A DNA stretch of 64,000 nucleotides. It comes from Chlorokybus atmophyticus (taxonomy: Eukaryota > Plantae > Mesostigma and Chlorokybus algae). This document shows positions 59,910 through 64,000 of the stretch, in pieces (positions within the stretch are counted from its first letter, which is position 1; every line of letters starts with the position of its first letter). The stretch is from contig RHPI01000003.1 in the NCBI GenBank assembly GCA_009103225.1, forward strand, positions 115,137 to 179,136. The letters run 5' to 3'. The notes below the pieces were generated by a model. It was given only the letters and a program-made list of their open reading frames with translations. It made no database searches and was not told the DNA's origin. A program made the translations under genes and the position numbers.

Positions 59910-62900
59910 ATGGGGACGGGTGGTGATGCTGAGAGGTCGGAAGGCAGGGACAAGTCCGCCGTCACCGTGTGCGCCAGGTTCAGGCCGCTCAACGAGCAGG
60001 AGGCCAAGCAGGCCGGCACGTCGCAGATGGTGAGAGCAGCAGTTCTTAATCAGTTGTAGTAACTTTGTGATCGTGGTGGAAATACCAACACCAACCATAG
60101 GTGAGGTTCAATTCGGACAAGAGGACTGTGCGCGTGGAGGCTCCAAACGAGGGCGACACCTCCGCGCACGAGTTCACATTCGACAGAGTCTTTTCGCCAG
60201 ACGCAACACAAGTTTGTATCCTTGTTGTATACCTGTTGCGACACATAGCCACAAGGCGACAGCAAGCCAACATGTCCAAACGCAGGCGGAGGTGTTCGAG
60301 TACGCCGCCAGGCCGCTGGTAGAGGACGTCCTGGCCGGGTACTACGCTACCGTCTTCGCCTATGGCCAGACTGGCTCCGGCAAAACGTACGCCATGGAGG
60401 TGGGTAACATCAACAGCAACAACAACAACAACAACAACAACAACATTGCAACAATGCAACAATGACAGGGTGTGGTGGGAGATGAGGACAAGAAGGGCGT
60501 TATCCCTCGCGCGGTTGAGCTCCTTTTTCAACGCATCGCAGAGAGGAGTAAAGAGAGTGACAACAACAACAGCAGCAGCACTAATAACAATATGGGCACG
60601 GACGTGTCGGTGTCTGTTTCTTATGTGGAGATCTACATGGAGCGTGTGTCGGACCTCCTAGACAGTGAGTGATGGTGTTGTTGCTACTGCTGTTATTGTT
60701 GTTGTTGCGCAACTAATGACTATCAACGACAACTCACTGTGACTGGTTTGCATTAGAGTCGAGGACAAAAACCAATCTGGAGATTCGTGTGGACCTATCG
60801 CACGGGGTGTACGTGGACGGGGCCACGGAGGCTGCGGCCTCCACCGATAAGGAGGTACGTTTGCCTGATGGTGTGCGTGCGCGCACGCGTGCATGTGTGC
60901 GTGCACACGCGTGTTATTGTGGATGTGTGTATGCATCCGCCTATAGCCACGCGCGTGTGCATCCATATGCATGGGCGGGTGTGTGCGCTTGTGCGCGCTT
61001 GTGATTGTGCGTGCAAGTGTATCCCAGCATACGCGCCTGTGCGTGTGTCACCAAAGGTTGCATGCATGAATCAAGCTTGCATGTGACGCTGTCTACATCA
61101 TCAGGTTCTGGACCTGCTGGCCGCGGGCTCCAAGGCTCGCCACGTCGGCTACACAGACATGAACGCCCAAAGCTCCCGCAGCCACGCCATCCTCATGATC
61201 ACGGTATGATGACATCGTGTCGTATCGATCATTGAGCCTGTGTACATTCGCGTGTGCGCGTGTGCGTAAGTCAGTGCATGAGCGAGCCTGTATCTATGAG
61301 AGAGTGTGTTGCGCATGTTTGAGTACGTGGGTGCATGAGGGTAAGTGCACGTGCGCATGCGCATGCGTATAAGACCCAAACACACATACACACAGGTCTC
61401 CCAGCGCGACCTCGGCGACCTGACCGCCCGCACCGGTCGCCTCTTCCTCGTCGACTTGGCGGGCAGCGAGTCCATCGGCAAGACGGGTGCCCTCGGCGGT
61501 CGTCTCGAGGAGGCCAAGCACATCAACAAGTCGCTGTCGGCCCTCGGCAACGTCATCAAGGCTCTTACTGAACACAGTAACAAAGCGGGAGTCCCGGCAT
61601 ACGTACCGTACCGCGACTCCAAACTCACAAGGCTGCTGCAGGTTGTGTGGGTTGTGTTTGGGTATAGTGAATCTGTTGGTTGGTTGAGAGCCTTGCACGC
61701 TTGGGATGGTAGGTTATATACATGCTTTGTTGCAGGATTCGCTTGGGGGAGGGTCAAGAGCGGCGCTCGTCATCACGTGCTCACCGTAGGTGATGCGTGC
61801 GTGTGTACGAGCGAGCGAGCGTGTCGTGTTGGGCCTGGTATGTGTTCGATCCCTTGTGCTTTACACGCTTTGTTGGGCTCTTTTCAGGTCTGCTTGGAAC
61901 TTCTCCGAATCGCTTTCGACGCTGCGCTTCGGCCACAGGTGAATGATACACGGTGTGTTTCGCGTGCGTATGTGACAGTGCGCACAGCCCTGATGCGTGT
62001 GCCGTTTGGTGTCGTCAGGGCAAAACGCATCAAGAACAAGCCGCGTCAGCACGTGGGCTACGGGGGCGGGTCCGAAGTGGAGGAGCTGCTGCAGAAGCGC
62101 GAGGCAGAACTAGCAAGACTTAAGACACAGGTGCATATATCATTGTGTGCACACGCGCGCACGCACACACGCACCCGTGTATCATGTGCGCGCACACCCA
62201 CAACAGGTGATGCGCACTCATGCACGAAAGCATACATGCAGCAGCTATTCCTACGTCGTCACATTGGTACACACGCTGCGCACATGATACACAACGATGG
62301 TTCCCACTTGTTGTCCCTGCCATGTCAGTTGGATGCGTATCGCGATGAGGTGCGCGAGAAGCTCCGCGAGCACGACGTCTACAGGGCCATGTACGGGGAC
62401 CTCCAGTTGCCTCCTTTGAACCCCACAGGATCCGGTTCAACAGACAATAGCGAGACCTCCACAAGCAGTACCCACACTAGTATTGGCTCAACTACTGCTG
62501 TCCTGCGTGCGAACAACAATGGCAACACGAGCTTCGCGCAACAACAAGCGGCTTCATTCAAACTGCCGCCCGGGGTGGTCAACGTGAGAGACTTGTTGGA
62601 TGCGGCCACGCGGCGGTGTGAAGCGTTGGCAGCGGTGATACAGGTTGGCATGCATAAAAATGTATGGGTGTGCGTGACAGAGCGGCTGATGAGTCTCTTA
62701 CTGTGCGTAATGTCCACGTGCAGGCGATGCAGCGCGAGGCCTTGGCGACGAAGAACATCAGTGCCGACATCATAACCTATCTCTCTGAGGTGAGAGCACA
62801 CACTCACCCTTAACCCCACACAAAAATCAATAAACACACACACGCACGCATTCACACTCTCTATCCCCTCGCAGGAGCGTCACCTCTTCGGCCGCGCCCG

Positions 62901-63108
62901 GACTCTAGCAGCCTCTCTCTCCCACACCCAACCCAATGCCCAACCCCAACCACTCCAACCCCCCTCCTCCGCCCTGGTCGAGTTGCAGGAGCTCCTCGCC
63001 ATGGGTCGCTGGCGCGTGGAGGACGCGACGCGCAGTCTGAAGCCGCTCGCGTGGGCCGCGGCGGCTGTGGCGAGGGCGGCCAATGCGTGCGCGAGACTGG
63101 TGGCGTAG
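59910..63108 (+). CDS. N-terminal-motor kinesin, kinesin-1-like
   Basis: [11 protein letters not shown]; FTFDRVF; [17 protein letters not shown]; [15 protein letters not shown]; [11 protein letters not shown]; [10 protein letters not shown]; [15 protein letters not shown]; [13 protein letters not shown]|[17 protein letters not shown]|[17 protein letters not shown]|AKRIKNKP; then coiled coil. The last exon has an apparent 1-nt frame slip in a C-rich tract, and the TAG at 63106 is followed in frame by the acidic tail to 63327. Confidence 0.95.
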
Positions 63109-63116
63109 GGGGGGGG

Positions 63117-64000
63117 TGATGACGGCGAGGTTGAGGGGGAGGAGGAGGAGGAGAGTGCGGGTGAAGCAGAGTCCACTGTGGTTGTATTGAGAGAAGAAAG
63201 GAAGAAGAGTGTTGAGGAAGGATTCCGACCTGCACTTAGGGCACTGGAGCGCATGGGTTCATCAATTGGACCCCAACGTTACCGAGGTGCGCTGATGCTT
63301 GATCACAGTCCTGATGGAATATCCTGATGGGATGTGTGGCGTGTGTGATATGTGTGATTTCTGTGCGGTATGTGGGGTGTTTAGTGCATTGCTTCATGAT
63401 TTGTGGCGTTGGAGCTTTCTGATCTAGAGCAGCTTACTACAGGTGTCTGTGTGTTGGTGCTACTGCAGCTCTGTTGATGCCATAGTGTCGATCTGCTACA
63501 CAGAAAGCTGTATCTGCTGATTGGCGTGTCGATGTTACGCTATGTGCTTGCCTATGCGTGCATTTACGCTGACTCTGTGTGCGCGTGGGTGTGTGTGCGC
63601 TCGTCCGTACGCATGCGTGCGCATCTAAATGGACAAAGCATCTGAGAATCTCATTTCAACAACCTCCCTCTCCCAAGCAGGTTCCCCTCCCCCTTCCCCT
63701 CGTCTTCCCATCGGCAGCAGCAGTGAAGCCTCCCCTCCCTCCCTCCCCCCCTCCCTCTCCCTCTCCCTCTCCCTCGCCCCCCTCCGCTCCCTCTCCCTCG
63801 CCGCCTCCGACGCCTCCGTCGGCCTCCGGCGCGCGCTGGGAGGGGGACTCGCTAGGGTGAGAAGGGCCGTCAAGACCGCGATGTTCGCGAGGACGAGCAT
63901 CGGGGGAGGGGAGGGAAGGAAACCGACGGTGCTGATCATAGGTGAGGAGGGGAAGGTGGGGGTGGGCGTGGGTGGGTGGGTGGGTGGGTGGGCGTGGGTG
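63117..64000 (+). repeat. Exact direct duplication, copy 2; includes the start of a second NmrA-like gene copy (ATG 63629) and runs off the window
   Basis: Identical to 52937-53820. Confidence 0.95.

Noticed and set aside
62920-62975. Programmed frameshift or stop read-through in the kinesin
   Set aside because: The frame slip and the TAG both lie in or next to C/G homopolymer-rich sequence in a low-quality part of the assembly; base-calling error is more likely.
52500-64000. Foreign or contaminant contig because of the change in sequence style
   Set aside because: The same intron repeats, GCC leaders and splice signals occur in the first 52 kb; insufficient evidence from sequence alone.

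Overview
Eukaryotic nuclear DNA with spliceosomal introns, GCC/GGA-rich 5' leaders and (CA/TG)-type intron repeats. An ELF3 homolog, a plant-type RS splicing factor, a plant-type intron-containing tRNA-Tyr and the ciliary gene IFT43 together point to a flagellate-producing streptophyte alga; this is an inference and the species cannot be named. About 13 protein genes are supported: DSC3-like ubiquitin-domain protein, EDR4-like zinc-ribbon protein, GT23/FUT8-like fucosyltransferase, NUFIP1, ELF3, RS31/40-like, CD36-family protein, bromodomain protein, peptidase M41 protein, RPL21, NmrA-like, IFT43 and a kinesin-1-like motor. Most sit in tight head-to-head pairs. Two transposon nests (about 2-7 kb and 27-34.5 kb) hold the most unusual material. 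(i) Two miniature LTR retrotransposons (TRIMs) with 5-bp target-site duplications, in which a tRNA-like Pol III promoter appears split across the LTR/PBS boundary (box A inside the LTR, box B after the PBS); one is a fold-back with two inward-facing LTR-PBS ends. (ii) Three diverged copies of a 1.45-1.57 kb non-autonomous TIR element that carries spliceosomal introns, Gly-rich mini-exons and perfect hairpins. (iii) Decayed Harbinger-transposase and P-loop NTPase remnants. The last 884 bp are an exact copy of 52937-53820. There is a 552-N gap and a 91-nt poly-C run. No rRNA or CRISPR array. All calls are from manual reading and remembered family motifs; no database search was run.
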